A DNA stretch of 43,443 nucleotides, taken from the IMG/VR virus record IMGVR_UViG_2703718823_000009; one strand, written 5' to 3'. Origin of the DNA: a virus (Duplodnaviria > Heunggongvirae > Uroviricota > Caudoviricetes). A program made the translations under genes and the position numbers. A model generated the notes under the pieces. The model worked only from the letters and a program-made list of their open reading frames with translations. It was not told the DNA's origin and made no database searches. Positions 41,294-43,443 of the stretch are shown piece by piece. Within the stretch, counting starts at the first letter, position 1. Every line of letters begins with the position of its first letter.

Positions 41294-41461
41294 TTAGGCA
41301 GACAGTTTCATAGCGACCAGTTGCGCTATCAGCTCGTCTCGGGATTGGTGCTGGCGGGTCTCATCTTCCGGGTCTAGACCAAGCTCTCTGAGGAGGACTT
41401 CAGTCCGGTAGCCACGGTAACGGAGAGTCATGCGGCCCTCAGGTGTGCGTGGGTCAATCAT
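41294..41461 (-). CDS. small translationally coupled ORF (55 aa)
   Basis: ATG 1 nt after the KilA-N gene stop, preceded by AAGGGAGG; MIDPRTPEGRMTLRYRGYRTEVLLRELGLDPEDETRQHQSRDELIAQLVAMKLSA. Confidence 0.3.
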   Translation of the reverse strand: MIDPRTPEGRMTLRYRGYRTEVLLRELGLDPEDETRQHQSRDELIAQLVAMKLSA

Positions 41462-41462
41462 C

Positions 41463-42221
41463 TTAGAGTCCTCCCTTAGCGCACAGACGAACCAGCTCGA
41501 CCTTGTTGGACTTAAGCCACTCGTAACCCTTGGTGAGGACCTTAAGCCCCTCCTGACCGTTATAGTGGTTATCCTGAAGACGGTAATAGCCGTTCTCCAG
41601 ACCCTTAGGATTGAAGCTGGTCATCCAGCCACCTGACGAGATGTCAAATACAGGCTGTCCTCGACCGTCCAGCTTGCGACTATAGAAGGGATTAGCTATA
41701 CGCCCTGACTTCAATACGGCATTAAGAGCCTTGGCTGATACCAGCTTTGTACCTAACCTGAAGTCGAGATTCTTAAGACACTCTGTCAGGGTGTGGCCCT
41801 GCTTCGGGTTATCCAGCTTTTCCAGCCAGTTACGGGCTATAGGCTTGAGACCCTTAAGTTCCTTGGAGTCCTGCGCCAGCGCCTTAGCTTCCGACACTTT
41901 GTCGTTACGTAAAGCGATGAAAGCACGGATGACCTTAAGGTAGAAATCAGGTGAGACCCACATCGCATAGGCAATAGCCGCCTCTTCAGTAGCCCATGTC
42001 CCCGGAGTCGAACCACCATGAGCAACATGCAAATTTGCATCTTGGTCAAGAAGCGTCCTGACGCTAGAACGCCACTGACCCGGCTCCTTAGCAGATGGAA
42101 GCTCAAGCTCTTTATGTAGCTCGTTCAGGTTCCACATACGGTCCTGATTACAGGCCCAGTGATAGCCGTCAACGATGACAGGAAGAACTACTTCATGCTT
42201 CATTAAGGGTTGAGTTGACAT
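41463..42221 (-). CDS. KilA-N domain protein (possible antirepressor/regulator)
   Basis: N-terminal ...GTWATEEAAIAYAMWVSPDFYLKVIRAF... matches the KilA-N signature as recalled; AAGGAG RBS 9 nt before ATG. Confidence 0.6.
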   Translation of the reverse strand: MSTQPLMKHEVVLPVIVDGYHWACNQDRMWNLNELHKELELPSAKEPGQWRSSVRTLLDQDANLHVAHGGSTPGTWATEEAAIAYAMWVSPDFYLKVIRAFIALRNDKVSEAKALAQDSKELKGLKPIARNWLEKLDNPKQGHTLTECLKNLDFRLGTKLVSAKALNAVLKSGRIANPFYSRKLDGRGQPVFDISSGGWMTSFNPKGLENGYYRLQDNHYNGQEGLKVLTKGYEWLKSNKVELVRLCAKGGL

Positions 42222-42568
42222 ATCGTTGTACTCCTTTTGTTATGCCTCCTGAAGTCACACCCTGAAAGCCTACTCAAGCCCCCAACGATAGGGAGACTCA
42301 CAGGCAACAGGAGACATACAGAAAGACTTGAGGTAATAAGGTCGTGTGAAGACCATGTTAACTTTTTCCTACTGGCTACTAGATAACTAGCGTGTCTCCA
42401 TATGTATAAAGGCGGGACCGCATGTCAGGACGAGCTGTAAGGACTTCCAGATGGTGAGCGGTGATAAACTTAAGCCAATGAGTAGTGAGTAGACGAGCTA
42501 CTAACAGATGACTGAAGAACGCTAACGAGCTGGAGGTCATACAGGAGGTCTGACAGAGGCGGAAGCAG

Positions 42569-42591
42569 GTCTCCTATAGTGATAGTTTAGG
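42569..42591 (-). promoter_or_regulatory. phage single-subunit RNAP promoter-like motif P2
   Basis: Minus strand CCTAAACTATCACTATA|GGAGAC (-17 to +6); compare SP6 ATTTAGGTGACACTATAGAAG and T7 TAATACGACTCACTATAGGGAGA. Confidence 0.5.
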
Positions 42592-42596
42592 GTCTG

Positions 42597-42619
42597 GTCC
42601 CCTATAGTGAGTGCTTATT
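42597..42619 (-). promoter_or_regulatory. phage single-subunit RNAP promoter-like motif P1
   Basis: Minus strand AATAAGCACTCACTATA|GGGGAC; positions -10 to +3 identical to T7 consensus (ACTCACTATAGGG), -11/-12 differ. Confidence 0.5.
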
Positions 42620-43082
42620 CCATCATCCCTTTATCACAGAGCACCTTCTTCATGTTCACAGAGGTAGCCTGAAGTACAGAGTTAACGTGGCGTAGGTAGC
42701 GAGGAGACGGGGAGCGACCCGTGATTGCCGTGTAGGAGATGTCAGTATTGCGGGAGAAGATATCGTTGGTGCCATATAAGGCAGCGAACAGGTAGGCCTT
42801 GGAGACCGGGAGTCCCACGCTGTTAGAGAGACCTGAAGGACGTGAGAGTCCTGTAAACACATCGTCTGCCCATGGGTAGGCCTCAGCAAGCTGCGTATAG
42901 GAGAGACACCCAGTCTCAATCAGCCACAGCCTCACAGACCGATTGTCGATGACCACAGGCGGCTTACCTGTACGGGCCTTAGGTTCATCATAGGTCGGCG
43001 CTGGTAGCTGCTCATGGTCGAGGTCTCCACCGAAGAAGGCCTCATTGTCGGACTCTGAGTAGCATTGAATTGTAATAGCCAT
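42615..43082 (-). CDS. hypothetical protein (155 aa), first gene of the minus-strand cassette
   Basis: ATG at 43082 with AGAGGAGG RBS 7 nt upstream; P3 motif 80 nt upstream. Confidence 0.5.
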   Translation of the reverse strand: MAITIQCYSESDNEAFFGGDLDHEQLPAPTYDEPKARTGKPPVVIDNRSVRLWLIETGCLSYTQLAEAYPWADDVFTGLSRPSGLSNSVGLPVSKAYLFAALYGTNDIFSRNTDISYTAITGRSPSPRYLRHVNSVLQATSVNMKKVLCDKGMME

Positions 43083-43156
43083 GGATGGGCCTCCTCTTAA
43101 GGTTGGCTACTTGCAGTGGGTAGCAGCGGTTTCGGTTAGATGGAGGACAGGCGTGT

Positions 43157-43179
43157 CTCTCCTAGGGTGATAGTTAAGG
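43157..43179 (-). promoter_or_regulatory. phage single-subunit RNAP promoter-like motif P3
   Basis: Minus strand CCTTAACTATCACCCTA|GGAGAG; shares an extended 28-bp match with P2. Confidence 0.4.
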
Positions 43180-43237
43180 GTCTGAGCCCAAACTTCCGAA
43201 GGTGAGGGATTATTGTAAGATACTGAAAGCTAATGGA

Positions 43238-43324
43238 AAGTTGGAGGGACCTGAGTTTAGGACGCAGTTTAAATAAGACACCAAGTTGGAGGACCTGAGT
43301 TTAGGGTGCAGTTTAAATAAGACC
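43238..43324. repeat. tandem direct repeat, 2 units of about 44 bp (iteron-like)
   Basis: AAGTTGGAGGGACCTGAGTTTAGGACGCAGTTTAAATAAGACACC followed by AAGTTGGAGGACCTGAGTTTAGGGTGCAGTTTAAATAAGACCAC. Confidence 0.7.
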
Positions 43325-43386
43325 ACAGACAGACTTAGAGTCGGACAGCCGAAGGCGAACCAGTGGGCCTATAGTCAGGAGGGATT

Positions 43387-43443
43387 ATGATTATTATCAC
43401 CCTCCATAACTTCAGTCGTAAGCGACTCGTCAGAACCGTATTG
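43387..43443 (+). CDS. start of a divergent plus-strand gene (partial)
   Basis: AGGAGGG RBS 3-4 nt before ATG at 43387; MIIITLHNFSRKRLVRTV... open to window end. Confidence 0.3.
   Translation, partial: MIIITLHNFSRKRLVRTVL

Larger units (their letters stand above)
38755..43443. mobile_element. unclassified inserted element (continues beyond window) with T7/SP6-type phage RNA polymerase promoter-like motifs and a KilA-N gene
   Basis: Abrupt end of ynfE homology; repeat-rich terminus; compact minus-strand cassette with strong RBSs; three phage-RNAP promoter-like motifs; a divergent plus-strand gene starts at 43387. Confidence 0.6.

Noticed and set aside
41430-41636. Plus-strand 68-aa ORF overlapping the KilA-N gene
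   Set aside because: Antisense to a gene with a clear domain signature and strong RBS.
42569-42619. T7/SP6 promoter-like motifs as cloning-vector or expression-strain contamination
   Set aside because: None is an exact T7, T3 or SP6 consensus; they differ at specificity positions, occur three times next to novel genes with native-looking RBSs, and no vector backbone is present in the window.
43238-43324. Possible CRISPR array
   Set aside because: Only two adjacent repeat units with no spacers and no cas genes; the repeats are not palindromic.

Overview
The window holds three parts. (1) Positions 1-31983 are the right-hand ~32 kb of a Qin-like lambdoid prophage of E. coli. Its late operon is on the minus strand: tail genes M, H (tape measure), G/T, V, U, Z; head genes (FII-like, fused protease-capsid, portal, W-like); terminase TerL/TerS with a lambda-like cos site; a cold-shock/moron cluster (gns, DUF1398, cspI); the lysis cassette (Rz/Rz1, SAR endolysin, YdfR-like, pinholin); cspB; Q antiterminator; DUF968; hok; a QueH-like gene; a replication gene; and a dicC-type cro. 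The plus strand carries dicA, ydfA/B/C, the DicF sRNA, dicB, ydfD, an intact ~823-aa exonuclease, xis and int. (2) Positions 32171-38754 are chromosomal genes rspB, rspA, ynfA, ynfB, speG, ynfC, ynfD and the 5' 60% of ynfE. (3) ynfE is cut at about 38754 by a second, unrelated element (38755 to beyond the window end). This element is the main candidate for something undescribed: a compact minus-strand cassette with strong ribosome-binding sites, including a KilA-N protein, preceded by three motifs that closely resemble T7/SP6-family single-subunit RNA polymerase promoters, with no polymerase gene visible in the window. All gene identities are from reading the translations and recalling K-12 and lambda proteins from memory; no database search was run.
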